A DNA stretch of 64,000 nucleotides. Source: Octopus sinensis. Taxonomy: Eukaryota. Shown here piece by piece: positions 12,766 through 26,267 of the stretch. Below the pieces are notes generated by a model that was not told the DNA's origin, did not search any database, and was given only the letters and a program-made list of their open reading frames with translations. Every line of letters begins with the position of its first letter. Position 1 is the first letter of the stretch. The stretch is taken from contig NC_043004.1 of the NCBI RefSeq assembly GCF_006345805.1, forward strand, positions 11,904,001 to 11,968,000, read 5' to 3'. The translations under genes and the position numbers were made by a program.

Positions 12766-14200
12766 AGCGGCAAGCTGGCAGAGTCGTTAGCACACTGGGC
12801 CCAAATGCTTAGCACCGTTTTATCCATCTTCACGTTTGGAGTTCAAATTCCACCGAGGTCAGCTTTGCCTCTTATTCTTTTCAGGTTGATAAGATAAGTA
12901 CCAGTAAGACACTGGGGGTTGATGTAATCAAATAAACCCCTCCTCGAAACGTGCCAAAATTGGTAACCAATATATATGTATCAAAAGGCATTGAGCTGGC
13001 AGAATTGTTAGTACGCTGGGCAAAGTGCTTAACGGTATTTCATCCATTTTTACATTCTGAGTTCAAATTCTGCTGAGGTCAGCTTTGCCTTTCATCCTTT
13101 CGGGGTTAATAAAATAAGTACCAGTTGAACACTGGGGTCAATGTGATTGACAACCGCTCCACTTCTGGCCTCATGCCAAAATTGGTAACCAAAGTATATA
13201 TACTCTTTACTCTTTTATTTGCTTACTTGTTTCAGTCATTTGACTGTGGCCATGCTGGAGCACTACGTTTAGTTGAGCAAATCAACCCCAGGATTTATTT
13301 TTTTGTAAGCCTAGTACTTATTCTATTGGTCTCTTTTGCCGAACCGCTAAGTTACAGGGACGTAAACACACCAGCATCGGTTGTCAAGTGATGTTGGGGG
13401 GGGGGACAAACACATACACATATATATATATACAACAGACTTCTTTCAGTTTCCGTCTACCAAATCCACTCACAAGGCTTTGGTCAGCCCGAGGCTATAG
13501 TAGAAGACACTTGCCCAAGGTGCCACACAGTGGGACTGAACCCAGAACCATGTGGTTGGTAAGCAAGCTACTTACCACACAGCCACTCCTGTGCCTATAT
13601 ATATATATACATATGTACCAAAAGGTGTTGAGTTGGCAGAATCATTTGCAGGCTGGGCAAAGTGCTTAACAGTATTTCATCCATTTTTACGTTCTGAGTT
13701 CAAATTCTGCTGAGGTCAGCTTTGCCTTTCATCCTTTCGGGGTTAATAAAATAAGTACCAGTTGAGCACTGGGGTCAAAATAATCGACTAAATCCCTCCT
13801 CGAAACTGCTGGCCTCACACCAAAATTGGTAACCAATAGATATGTACCAAAAGGCAGTGAGCTGGCAGAATTGTTAGCACACTAAGCAAAGTGCTTAGCG
13901 GCATTTCATCTTTTTAAAGTTATGAGTTCAAATTCCGCTGAGATAAACTTTACTTTTCATCATTCTAGGGTCAAGTTCTAAGTCTAAGGATGAAATTTTG
14001 CCTTTCATCCTTTTGGGGTCGATGAAACAAGAACCCGTTGAGCACTGGGGTTGATGCAACTGACTAGATTACTTCTCTCGAAATTGCTGGCCTTGTGCAA
14101 AATTTTGGAGCCAAATATGTACCAAAAGGTGGTGAGCTCATAGAATCATTAGCATACCAGACCCAATACTTAGCAGTATTTGGTCTTTCTCTACATTCAT
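12766..14200 (+). repeat. tandem array of about five family-C SINE units interrupted by a family-B SINE
   Basis: Units start near 12766, 12985, 13620, 13848 and 14124; shared junction aaattggtaaccaa..tatgtaccaaaagg. Confidence 0.8.
13201..13594 (-). mobile_element. full-length family-B tRNA-headed SINE
   Basis: A-box-like TGGCTGTGTGG, B-box-like GGTTCAGTCCC, central microsatellite, tail cagcatggccacagtcaaatgactgaaacaagtaa. Confidence 0.9.
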
Positions 14201-14214
14201 CATCATCATTCTTT

Positions 14215-14606
14215 TTTTCTTTTACTTGTTTCAGTCCTTTGACTGAGGCCATGCTGGAGCACCGCCTTTAGTGGAACAAATCGACCCCAGGAATATTGTT
14301 TGTAAGCTTAGTATTCATATTATCCGTCTCTTTTGCCAACCTGCTAAGTTATGGGAATGTATACACACTAACATTGGTTGTCAAGCGATGATCAGGGGAC
14401 AAACACAGACAGACAAATACGTACATATATATATATATATGTACAAGGGGCTTCTTTCAGTTTCCATCTTCCATATCCACTTACAAGGCTTTGGTCAGCC
14501 TGAGGCTATAGTAGAAGATACTTGCCCAAGGTGCTGCACAGTGGGACTAAACCTGGAACCATGTGGTTGGGAAGCAATCTTCTTACCACACAGCCACTCC
14601 TGTGCC
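14215..14606 (-). mobile_element. full-length family-B SINE
   Basis: Same structure as 13201-13594. Confidence 0.9.
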
Positions 14607-14653
14607 TATAACTTAATATATATATATATACAACTATAACTTTATATATTTTT

Positions 14654-15030
14654 AGGAGTGGCTATGTGGTAAGTAGCTTGCTTACCAACCACATGGTTCT
14701 GGGTTCAGTCCCACTGCGTGGCACCTTGGGCAAGTGTCTTCTACTATAAGTCTCGGGCCGACAAAAGCCTTGTGAGTGGATATGGTAGACAGAAACTGAC
14801 AGAAGCCTGTCGTGTGTGTGTGTGTGTGTGTGTGTGTGAGTGTGTGTTCTCCCACCATCGCTTGACAACCGATTGTTGGTGTGTTTATGTCCCCGTAACT
14901 TAGCGGTTTGGCAAAAGAGACTAATAGCATAAGTACTGGGCTTACAAAGAATAAATCCTGGGGTCGATTTGTTCGACTAGAAGCAGTGCTCCAGCATGAC
15001 CACAGTCAAATGACTGAAAGAAATAAAAAA
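14654..15030 (+). mobile_element. full-length family-B SINE
   Basis: ggagtggctatgtggtaagtagcttgcttaccaaccacatgg... through tgactgaaagaaataaaaaa. Confidence 0.9.
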
Positions 15031-15986
15031 CATATATATGTAGATATAGATATATAGTGTATTTCTTTCAGTTTCTGTCGTTATAGTAGAAGCCACTTCT
15101 TCAAGGTGACACGGTGTTGGATTAAACCTAGAACTGAGTGGTTGGGAAGGAACCTCCTTCACCACACAGTCACACTTGTGTGTATGTTACGCCTGCCCCT
15201 GTACTTGTACAAGTCCCACAGGTACCTTCTGTATGAAGATCTTATAATTTACTATTGGTTGGTGGGGGAGGGGTGCATATTTGATATGCGAAACTGTAAT
15301 TAAAATGTAATGAATTAGAATTATAAATGTAATGAGAAGAAAACTCGTGATTGCAAATTCTTTCTCATCAGGGGTGAAGGAGAGACCTGTTAGAACTTCA
15401 GTCAACCAAATTTATAATTAAATCATACATGGCTGCTAACAGGAGCAATGAGTCAGATTTTTCTTTCCTCTGGTGACAACACAGGGTGTGTTTTGAAATT
15501 ATTGTGTCTTTTCAGCGAGGACGTCCTGTAAGAAACATGTCCACACAAAGTTGGGCTCGTGGGGTCGGCTATCCTGTTCTTTTGGCTTCATATGTCCCTT
15601 TTTGTTTGTTTGTTCTTGTTCAATTTCATTTTCATTGTAAATAATCCATTCGATTTCACTGTAAATAGTTCCATTTCACCCACAAGACCCCAAATCATTG
15701 TATTGTCCCCCATCTATGTAAACCCTTATGGGTAATAAAGAAATACCACACAAAATTAGCTGAGCACTAAGTCACTTAGTAAAGAATGTGTGTGTGTGTG
15801 TGTGTGATAATTTAATGCCTGTTAACTGTGCTGATAAGGGTTCAGTAGCTAGACATGAGCTAACAAGACCAGTGGCTGCACCAGGTTACATGTTACCACC
15901 ACCACTCAAGAGTGACCTGACATATGTATGTATATGCAAACATATACATACATGCACATGCACACACACACACACATACACAAACA

Positions 15987-16207
15987 CACAAGGTGGTGTT
16001 TGAAAGTTCCTGGCTTTGGGTAAAAGAAAATACGGGAGGATCAATTAATTATGATTTTATTCAACATATTCACCTCTCAGAGTCACACACTTGTTGCAAC
16101 GGTCCATCAGTTTTCCTAAGCCCTGTAAAAGAACTCAGAAGGTAGGGGCTCCAGCCTGGCCTTTCAAAACACCTTTAAAATCAGAAACTTTCCAGCGCCT
16201 CCTCATA
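15987..16207 (-). mobile_element. mariner-derived MITE (second mariner family)
   Basis: TIR-like ends aggtggtgtttgaaagttcc / aaactttccagcgcctcctcata; minus translation LQGLGKLMDRCNKCVTLRGEYVE* resembles the mariner transposase C-terminus. Confidence 0.8.
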
Positions 16208-16279
16208 TATATATATATAATATAATATATATATATTATATGTATATCTATATCGAAATTGGAATCGAAATTGAACCAA

Positions 16280-16640
16280 TCCTATGACTGACACCTGGCA
16301 GATGCCCAGGACCCCTGGACTGGAGATACGTAAAAAGCACCATCCGAATCGTGGCAAAGCCAGTGCCGCCTCAACTGGCTGTCCCGCGCGGTGGCACGTA
16401 AAATGCACCAATCCGACCGTGACTGATGCCAGCCTCGCCTGGCACCAGTGCAGGTGGCACGTAAAAAGCACCCACTACACTCACGGAGTGGTTGGCATTA
16501 GGAAGGGCATCCAGCTGTAGAAACGTTGCCAGATAAGACCGGAGCCTGGTGCAGCCTTCTGGCTTCCCAGATCCCCGGTCGAACCGTCCAACCCTGCTAG
16601 CATGGAGAACAGACGTTAACGATTTGATGAGATGATGATA
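16280..16640 (+). mobile_element. family-D SINE-like element
   Basis: gtggcacgtaaaa repeats, ggttggcattaggaagggcatcc, (GAT)n tail. Confidence 0.8.
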
Positions 16641-16644
16641 TATA

Positions 16645-16687
<43 letters not shown>

Positions 16688-16690
<3 letters not shown>

Positions 16691-16800
16691 GGGTGGCCCA
16701 TAATTAGGTTTACAGTTATTCAACTATCTTTTTCGCATTCATATATTAACAGTTTAGATCTTAATTATAAAATAATATGAAACTATTATTCTATGCTAAT
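16688..16800 (+). mobile_element. Tc1/mariner-like terminal fragment (related fragment at 60235-60300)
   Basis: tagggtggcccataattaggtttacagttattcaactatc after (TA)n; same sequence recurs near 60236. Confidence 0.45.
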
Positions 16801-16972
16801 TTAGTTAATTTTGTCAAGCCTCCTTTTCAGTTTATCATGACTCAGAAAGGTAACTTTACCTACGTTACCTTTACCTTAATTATCTGGTCCTCAATAATAT
16901 ATATTCATCTAACCCTTCCTAGTGAAGGAAAACAGACGTAGAACAAGTAAATGGGTGACACACACACACACG

Positions 16973-17013
<41 letters not shown>

Positions 17014-17171
17014 CAGGCTTCTTTCAGTTTCTGTTTACCAAATCTACTCACAAGGCTTCGGTCGGCCTTAGGCTATAGTAGAAGCCACTTGCCCAAAGTG
17101 CAAGGTAATGGGACTGAACCCGGAACCATGTGGTCGGAAAGCAAGTTTCTTACAACTCAGCCACGCCTGTG

Positions 17172-17202
<31 letters not shown>

Positions 17203-17308
17203 GATATATATATATATATGATATATATATATATGTATATATATATATATCATCATCATCATCATCATCATCGTTTAATGTCTGTTTTCCGTGCTAGCAC
17301 AGGTTGAT

Positions 17309-17351
<43 letters not shown>

Positions 17352-18259
17352 TGTTACTATTATTATTATTATTATCATTAAGGGGATGAGCTGACAGAAT
17401 CATTAGCATGCCAGACGAAAATGCTTAGCAGTATTTAGCTCATCTCTACATTCCAAGTTGAAATTCCGCCGAGGTTAACTTTGCCTTTCCTCCTTTCACG
17501 GTTGATTTAAATAAGTACCAGCTACACCCTGGGGTTGATGTAACCGAATTAATCCCCTCCCGCAAGCTGCCCTTGCGGCAATAATTTGAAATCATCATCA
17601 TTATTATTAGTGTTGTTGTTGTTGTTATATCCTGAAAAGCTATTTATATTTCCTGGAATTGTTTAATTAATTAGAGACCTCATCTATTTTCACATTGCTA
17701 TTTACTGGAGCATAAAATGTTTTTGACTCCAGTGTTTTGAGACTAGTCTCTAATGGATATGCTGCCATAAACCAGTTGTATTCTCTTTCTTTTTCTGGTG
17801 AAAGAATCCACTTGGGAATAACTGTAGTCTGTGGGCGTGTGTGTGTGTATAAATATTTATGTGATTGTAAGTGTGTGTTCGTGTGTATGCATTGGTGTGT
17901 GTATGAGTGAATATATTTTCTTATGAATACATATAATCAAACAGACACTTACTCTTCCATACAGCCACTTGCATTCACATATACATACATATATACAGAC
18001 AACATACATATGCATATATATGTCCCATATATATTCTTTTATTCTTTTACTTGTTTCAGTCATTTGACTGTGGCCATGCTGGAGCATCGCCTTCAGTCTA
18101 AAAATCGACCCCAGGACTTATTCTTTGTAAGCCTAGTACTTATTCTATCGTTCTCCTTTGCTGAACTGCCAAGTTATGTGGATGTAATCACACAAACGTC
18201 TGTTGTCAAGCAATGGTGGGAGAACAAAGACAGACAGGCCTCACCAAGGAAATGACTAG

Positions 18260-18955
18260 TGACCAAGATTTTGGAAATATGCTGTGCTTGAGAAGACCTG
18301 GCAAGCCAAATGAGACCATAACCTGTGGCCTATGCTAGGTGCGTAACCAGCCCGCTTATGTGTACCTTTTCCTTCTTGGTCACTAAACTCTGCTTGCGAA
18401 GACCTGTTGAGGCAAGTGAAATCAAAACCAAAATCAAATTTGATGACTGGCATCCGTGCAAACAGGGTGCAAAGAGCACCATACGAGTGTGATCATTTGA
18501 CAGAGCAGCTAACTGACTTCCCAGCTAACCGGCTTCTGTGCCAGTTGCACATAAAAGGGCACCATTCGAGTATGATCGTTACCAGCGTCACCTTACTGGC
18601 ACTTGCGCCCATGCTTGTAGGGTGCCAAGAACACCATCCGAATGTGATTGTTGCCAGAGCAGCCAACCGGCTTCCATGCCGGTGGTACGTAAAAGGGGAA
18701 CATTCGAGATTGTAAAAAGATGCGAGCGAGGTCATTGACAGTACCACCTGACTGGCCCCTGTGCCGGTGGCACATAAAAAGCACCCACTACACTCTCGGA
18801 GTTGTTGATGTTAGAAAGGGCATCCAGCTGTAGAAACTCTGCCAGATCAAGATTGGAGCCTGGTGCAGCCATCTGGTTTGCCAGCCCTCAGTCAAAATCG
18901 TCCAACGCATGCTAGCATGGAAAGCGGACGTTAAACACGATGATGATGATGATGA
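18260..18955 (+). mobile_element. long family-D element with alternating internal repeats
   Basis: About five 60-75-bp internal units at 18450-18790, followed by the standard body and (GAT)n tail. Confidence 0.8.
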
Positions 18956-19175
18956 TATATATATATATATATATGCGGGCATGGCTGTGTGGTTAGGGAG
19001 CTTGCTTCCTAGCTACATGGTTTCGGGTTCAGTCCCACTGCGTGGCACTTTGGGTAGGTGTTTCCACTATAGCCCCGAGCTGACTGGAGCTTTGTGATTG
19101 AATTCGGTAGGTGGAAGTTGCTGCCGTGTGTGTATATGTGCATGTAGGTGCTTGTGCCTCTCCCAAAGAGAGAGA

Positions 19176-19248
<73 letters not shown>

Positions 19249-19637
19249 CAGGCTTCTTCAGTTTCCATTTACCAAATCCTCTCATAATGCTTTGGTCAGA
19301 CCCGAGGCTATAGTAGAAGACACTTGCCGAAGGTGACATGCAGTGGGACTGAACCTGGAACCATGTGGTTGGTATACAAGCTATTTACCACACAGCCACT
19401 CCTGTGCCTAATATCAATGTGTATGCTGAGTGTATGCGTGTGTGTGCACGCGTGCGTTTTGTTCAGTTTTATATCTGCTTTTACATGTTGGTAGGGGTTA
19501 GACAAAAACTTGCCCAAGTAGATTTTCTATAGCTGGACTCACTTCGTGACACCAACCCTTACCTTTTTTTCAATTAAGGTCTTTTTTAAATTTTATTTTG
19601 ATATGTGATCCTCACACTGAATGTTTAGATGCAAGCA

Positions 19638-19668
<31 letters not shown>

Positions 19669-19712
19669 ACCATATAGATAGACAGACAGACAGACAGATA
19701 GGTAGATAACTT

Positions 19713-19745
<33 letters not shown>

Positions 19746-19849
19746 GTAGCTAGCTAGGTAGGAATATAGATTGATAGATATACATACACTTAATAACTTG
19801 TTTGGTATACCCTTAAGTGGTGTACCCTTAAATCCCTGTTTCTAAGATA

Positions 19850-20080
19850 TCTATTTCTTTATTACCCACAAGGGGCTAAACATAGAGGGGACAAACAAGG
19901 ACAGACATAGGTATTAAGTCGATTACATCGACCCCAGTGTGTAACTGGTACTTAATTTATCGACCCCAAAAGGATGAAAGGCAAAGTCGACCTTGGCAGA
20001 ATTTGAACTCACAACGTAACGGCAGACGAAATACCGCTAAGCATTTCGCCCGGCGTGCTAACGTTTCTGCCAGCTCGCCA
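19850..20080 (-). mobile_element. young family-C SINE
   Basis: Complete head to tail (ccccttgtgggtaataaagaaatag on minus). Confidence 0.9.
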
Positions 20081-20164
20081 TCACAGTATCATTTGATTTA
20101 CCCTTATGCACCAAGGGATGTGCCTAAGTGCCTACAGTATAGCAGGTTCTGCTAACAATTAAGG

Positions 20165-20550
20165 TATGGGTGGTAGCAAAAGTTGGGGTGGTGTCAGAAG
20201 TGGTGGTTGTTATGGGGGTGATGGTGACTGGGGGGATAGTGGCAGCGATGGTGGTGGTTGTGGGGAGTAGATGATTATAGTTATGGAGGTGGTGGCAGCT
20301 GTGAGATGGTGGTGGTGATGGTGGTGGAAATAGTAGTGGCAGTGATGGTGGTGGTGGTGGTGTTGTTTGCGGTGGTGGTGATTGTAGTGGTGGTGGTGGT
20401 GGTGGTGATGGTGTTGTTTCCGGTTGTGGCGATTGTAGTTGTGGTGGTGGTGGTAGTGGTGACATTTAAACTGCGCGACAGATTCTGACAGATTCAGTAT
20501 ACCTCCCATCTTCATCATCTTAATCATCATCATCATCATCATCATCATCG
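20165..20550. repeat. degenerate (GGT)n then (CAT)n low-complexity tract
   Basis: Trinucleotide repeats producing poly-V, poly-H and poly-P ORFs. Confidence 0.85.
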
Positions 20551-21439
20551 TGCTTCCATACTTCCGTGTTTCTAAATTAGCATTTCTTCTCTACTAAAGC
20601 AAAAATAACCACAACAACAACAACAGTACAGCAACAACAAGAACAAAATATTTCAAAAACAAATGCGACAAACTATAACAAAAAAAAAAAAAAAGAAAAC
20701 AAAATTGAAAAGCAAAAATCTACAAATTTTCTCCGAATTATACCAGCAAGAAACAACCTTAGTCGAAAGAGAGAGTGAAAGTCACCATTCCGTCTAGTGT
20801 ACCAAAACTGACTTCTATCAGTAACCGTCTTCAGCACTTTAAAAGCTGGTGATCAACAGATCAATATTAACCGAATCAATAAAGTCTTAAAATGTAATTT
20901 CCACTCGGTTGGGTCTCACAAGTGTTTTTTTGTTTCTTTGTACATTTGTTGTTGTTGGTGATGTTGTTGTTGTTGTTGTTTTTTAAAATATACCAAAAAA
21001 TAAAAGTACTGAAAAAAAGAAAGAAAAAGACAAAAAAAACACCCATTATATAAACAAAAATAAATCCACTTGCAATCACTGAGAAAACTTTAAATTGAAT
21101 TTTAAAAGTCAAAAATTCTTTGAAACATGTCTGTCTGTTTGTCTATCTAGAGTGTTGTTTCTGTAGTGCCCTCTGTGTATTGGTTCTCGATTTCTTCTCG
21201 TTCCACGCCCCTCCCCCCCTTATTCCCTTTATTTTATGTTGACCCCTCCCCCCCAGTTCCCTTTCCCACCTTTCACACCATCTCTCATGTCTCTGTCTTT
21301 CTCTTTAATTCTTGTTTTCTTCCTTTGTTTTTTTTCTTCCTGTTTCTTGCTTACCCACATCTCTCAGTCTCTCCTCCTTGCTCTCCTTCTCTTCTTCTTA
21401 CTCCCCACCTCCATTACTCTCTCTATTTCTAATTCGTTC

Positions 21440-21462
21440 CTTCTGTATGCATGTGTGTGGTA

Positions 21463-21499
<37 letters not shown>

Positions 21500-22140
21500 C
21501 ATATATATATATATATATGCATATAATATATATATATATATATGCATATATATATATATATGCATATATATAATATATATATGATATATATATATATATA
21601 TGCTATATATATATATATATGCATATATATATTAATATATGCATATATATATATATATATATATGCATATATATATATATATATATGCTATATATATATA
21701 TATATGCATATATATATATATATATATGCATTATATATATATATATATATGCATATATATATATTTATATATAGCATAATATATATATATATATGCACAC
21801 ACATGCACACACATGTGTGCTCATACACACACATATGCACAAGAATGCATGCACAAACATTCTTACACATGTACTCGCACACATGCTTGCACACACAGTC
21901 ACACACGCAGTCACACACACACACATGTGTAAACATGCATGTATGCAAGCTCACGCACATGCTTACACACACTCATGTACACACACACACACACACATGT
22001 ATGAACAGATGCTCAGATGCATGCACACATGCTTGTGTGCACAAGAATGAACACGTGTGCACGCATCCTTACACATGTTCACACACACACAAACATATGC
22101 AAACACATGCATACTCCCCTGTCCCCCCCACACACACACG
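21440..22140. repeat. (TA)n-GC compound repeat grading into degenerate (CA)n
   Basis: Direct reading. Confidence 0.9.
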
Positions 22141-22874
22141 TACTCTTCCCTGTACTCTCCTCCCCGTTTTTCTCTCTCCTTCCTCCCCCAACCAAATCCT
22201 ATTTCCTCTCCGCCCACTTCTCCTTCAGACCAACACCCCTTTTCTTGATCCATACGTAACTCACCTGTCTATGACCCCACTTTTTTTTCTCTTTCTCTCT
22301 TTCAAGTGTGCAATCTCCCACCTTTAACTTGTTACCTATCCCCACCCACCCCACCCACATCAAAGTCTTTCTCTCTATCACCACTACCACCACCACCACC
22401 ATCATTCACATACACTCTCTCCCTCATTCTTTCTTTCTCTCTCTCTCTCTCTGCTTCAATCACCAATCTAAGTTACATAATTAAAAACTAGACAACATTA
22501 AACAGCAAAAAATGAACAAAATTGCATAACCAAACAAAAAGACTAACTAAATAAATTAAAAGCAAAAGAAAACAACAAAACAACAACAAAGCAAGGAAAT
22601 ATTTAAAGAACTGAAAACAAACAAATTAACAATCAATTAAATAAACAAATAAATGATAAAACAAACATTACAAATAAATAAACATTTAAATGAATAAAAT
22701 GGAAAACAAAATTAACCATTTTCCAAACCACTGCTTCCTTCTGGCTCCCTTGCACCTCCCACCAACCATTTCATTACACAACATGGACTTGAATTAACTT
22801 AGGGTACATATTGTCAATGCAGTGAATTGGTCGTTTTGGGAGAGTGTTTGCTGGTTTAGAAGGCATCGCATTCA

Positions 22875-23815
22875 TCATCATCATCATCGTCGTCGTCATC
22901 ATTGTTTAATGACTGCTTTCCATGCCGGCATGTGTTCAACGGTTTGACCGAGCACTGGTGAGCCAGGAGGCGGCACCAATCTTCAATCTGATCTGGCAAG
23001 GTTTCCACAGCTTGATGTCCTTCCTAATGCCAGCCGCTCCAAGAGTGTAGTAGGTGCTCTTTATGTGCCACCGGCATGGGAGCTAGTCAGGCAGCACTGG
23101 CATTGATCATGCATTTCATCCAGCATGCTAACGTTTCTGTCAGCTTGCCACCTTAGAATAAAAAGATATTCTTTTCTACTCTAGGAACAAGGCCTGAAAT
23201 TTTGGGGGAGAAGGCCAGTCAATTAGATCGACACCAGTATGCAACTGGTACTTAATTTATCGACCCCAGAAGCATGAAAAGCTAAGTCAACCTTGGCAGA
23301 ATCTGAACTCAAAATGTAAAGACAGACGAAATATCATTAAGTATTTTGCCCAGCATGCTAACATTTCTGCCAGCTCACCGCCTTAGCTTGAACTTAATAT
23401 TCTTTTCTACTCTAGACGCAAGGACCAAAATTTTTAGGGAGGAAGCCAGTCGATTAGATTGACTCCAGTACACAACTGGTACTTAATTTATTGACCCCGA
23501 AAAGATGAAAGGCAAAGTTGACCTTGGCGGAATTTGAACTCAGAATGTAAAAACAGACAAAATACCTATTTCTTTACTACCCACAAGGGGCTAAACACAG
23601 AGGGGACAAACAAGGACAGACAAACAGATTAAGTCGATTACATCGACTCCAGTGCATAACTGGTACTTAATTTATCGACCCCCCCCTCCCCCGAAAGGAT
23701 GAAAGGCAAAGTCGACCTTGGTGGAATTTGAACTCAGAATGTAAAAACAGACAAAATACCACTAAGCCTTTCACCCATCATGCTAATGTTTCTGACAGCT
23801 TGTCACCTTAGAATA
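22875..23815 (-). mobile_element. family-D element followed by a cluster of about four family-C SINEs
   Basis: Repeated actggtacttaatttatcgacccc...gaaaggcaaagtcgacc units. Confidence 0.8.
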
Positions 23816-24282
23816 CAAAAATATTGCCTTTAAATGGTAAGGATGTTGTTTTTACCTGTTTCTATTTTATTGATTACTCTCAAAGGTAAAATGTCAAAGT
23901 TCATCCTTTGCTGGATTTGAAACCCCTCCACCACAATGTGGAAGATACAAGCTAAACATTGAAACACATTGTTTTCTTACTCTGCTATTTTTAGCTGTCA
24001 ACCCACTTGATTTGTTTTTATTTTTACTAGCTCTTGATGCCTGTTAAATGTTTGAGAACAATTTAGCAAATTTCACAAGTATGTCTGTTGTCCTCTGTTG
24101 TCTATTGGGTTATTACTGAGACCTAAATTATAAATATCACATTGTGGTGTGCAACAGCCAAAACATTATGGTCAAACTGGATACCAATTTCACAATAACA
24201 TGAGATACTTGACAGGTTCTTCTTGACAAGCTCTTGATAGTGTCAAGCCCTCAGTTTCTCTGACAGATGACGTATTTGTATG

Positions 24283-24321
<39 letters not shown>

Positions 24322-25057
24322 GGTGAGAGAATGAGACAAAGGAAGAGGAAAGAATAAGAGAGAGAGAGAGGGAGAAAGAGGGAGCTATACAAATAGCGGT
24401 GTATTTATAACTAACTATAACTTTCTCTCTCTCTCTCTCTCCCTCACTATCTGTCTCTCTCCATATAGATGTAAGGTGTTGCTGTGGCTGTGTGGTCATA
24501 AGTTCAGTCCTCTTGCATGGCACTTTGGGCAAGTGTCCTCTACTATGGCTTCTGGCTGAATGCCTTGTCAGTGAATTTAGTAGATATAAACTATTTATTT
24601 GTTTATGTGTGTGAAGGCAGATATGGTCAAGCATTTTTTTAGAAATACTACCTTCGAGTTATGGTCCCAAGTTTTAATTCCCTTGTGTGCTACCTTTAGC
24701 AAGTCCCTATTACTATATTCTTCATATATTCTTCAACTGATCCCCAAAGCCTTGCATGTGAAACTGGAGAACCTTATGTACAACCCTGCTGTATTTGTAA
24801 GTCCAAGGGCCCAGCTTTGTTATGATCTATCTCAGGTTGATTTAATTTGAGAATTTATATTAAAGTTACAAGTTTCTGTGGAATCCTCATTTACTGAAAT
24901 GCAAAGGTATTGCTATGTGTTTTAAGAAGCTCACTTTGCAACCACATGGTTTTGCGTTCTGTCCCATTGCATGGCACCTTCGACAAGAATCTTCTATAGC
25001 CTTCGGTCGACCAATGCCTTGTGAGTAAATTTAGTAAACAGAACCTATATGGATGCC

Positions 25058-25059
<2 letters not shown>

Positions 25060-25094
<35 letters not shown>

Positions 25095-25350
25095 GTTTAA
25101 CGTCCGCTTTCCATGCTAGCATGGGTTGGACGGTTCAACTGGGGTCTGGGGAGCCCGAAGGCTGCACCAGGCCAGTCAGATCTGGCAGTGTTTCTACAGC
25201 TGGATGCCCTTCCTAACGCCAACCACTCCGAGAGTGTAGTGGGTGATTTTACGTGCCACCGACACAGGTGCCAGACAAGGCTGGCGAACGGCCACGCTCG
25301 GATGGTGTTTTTTATGTGCCACCGACACAGGTGCCAGACGAGGCTGGCAT
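25060..25350 (-). mobile_element. young family-D element
   Basis: Nearly identical to 5880-6195. Confidence 0.85.
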
Positions 25351-25395
25351 ATACATATATAACATCACATACATGCACACACACACACTCACACA

Positions 25396-25604
25396 TACAT
25401 GATGTGGGTACTGGAAAATTGTTGACTTTTGGGGTATCATGAAAATCCCAATGTTCCGAGTTCTTTTGCAGGGCTTAGAAAAACTGAAGGGCCACTGGAA
25501 TAAGTGTGGGAATCGAGAGAGGAATGTGCTGAATAAAATCATAACTGATCTTCCTGTATTTTCTTTTACGTGAAACGAGGAACTTTTCAGCACCCACTCA
25601 TGTA
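25396..25604 (+). mobile_element. mariner-derived MITE, second copy
   Basis: Reverse-complement homolog of 15987-16207; translation GLEKLKGHWNKC; ends ggaacttttcagcacccactcatgta. Confidence 0.8.
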
Positions 25605-25754
25605 TGTGTGTGTGTGTGTGGTGTGTGTATACGTGTTTGTGTATGTATATCTATGTGTGTGTGTGTATGCATACACATGTATTAATGTAGAAAGTTTTAT
25701 GCAAATTCACTTGCATTCTGTGTATTCAAAACATTTCGCTTTTCCTGTATCTAT

Positions 25755-26092
25755 CTTTCCAACGGAACAGCCTGCTCGTGAAATTAACGTGTATGGCTGA
25801 GCACTCCACAGACACGTGCACCCTTAACGTAGTTCTCGGGGATATTCAACGTGACACAGAGAGTGACAAGGCCGGCCCCTTGAAATACAGGTACAACAGA
25901 AACAAGAAGTAAGAGTGAGAGAAAGTTGTGGTGAAAGAGTACAGCAGGGATCACCACCATCCCCTGCCGGAGCCTCGTGGAGCTTTTAGGTGTTTTCGCT
26001 CAATAAACACTCACAACGCCCGGTCTGGGAATTGAAACCGCGATCCTATGACCGCGAGTCCGCTGCCCCAACCACTGGGCCATTGTGCCTCC
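25755..26092 (-). mobile_element. young tRNA-derived SINE, family A with A1 tail
   Basis: Minus head ggaggcacaatggcccagtggttggggcagcggactcgcggtcataggatcgcggtttcaattccc with A- and B-box-like motifs. Confidence 0.9.
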
Positions 26093-26234
26093 ACATATAG
26101 TAATAGGGACTTGCTAAAGGTAGCACACAAGGGAATTAAAACTTGGGACCATAACTCGAAGGTAGTATTTCTAAAAAAATGCTTGACTATATATCTGCCT
26201 TCACACACATAAACAAATAAATAGTTTATATCTA

Positions 26235-26267
<33 letters not shown>

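Noticed and set aside
15512-15535. 12-nt microexon (cag|CGAGGACGTCCT|gtaaga)
   Set aside because: Embedded in 15480-15750, which looks like a LINE 3' remnant ending in cccttatgggtaataaagaaata; the splice-like motifs are probably incidental.
18450-18790. CRISPR-like array of palindromic repeats with spacers
   Set aside because: Lies inside a multi-copy eukaryotic SINE-like element; the spacers are homologous to each other and no cas genes are present.
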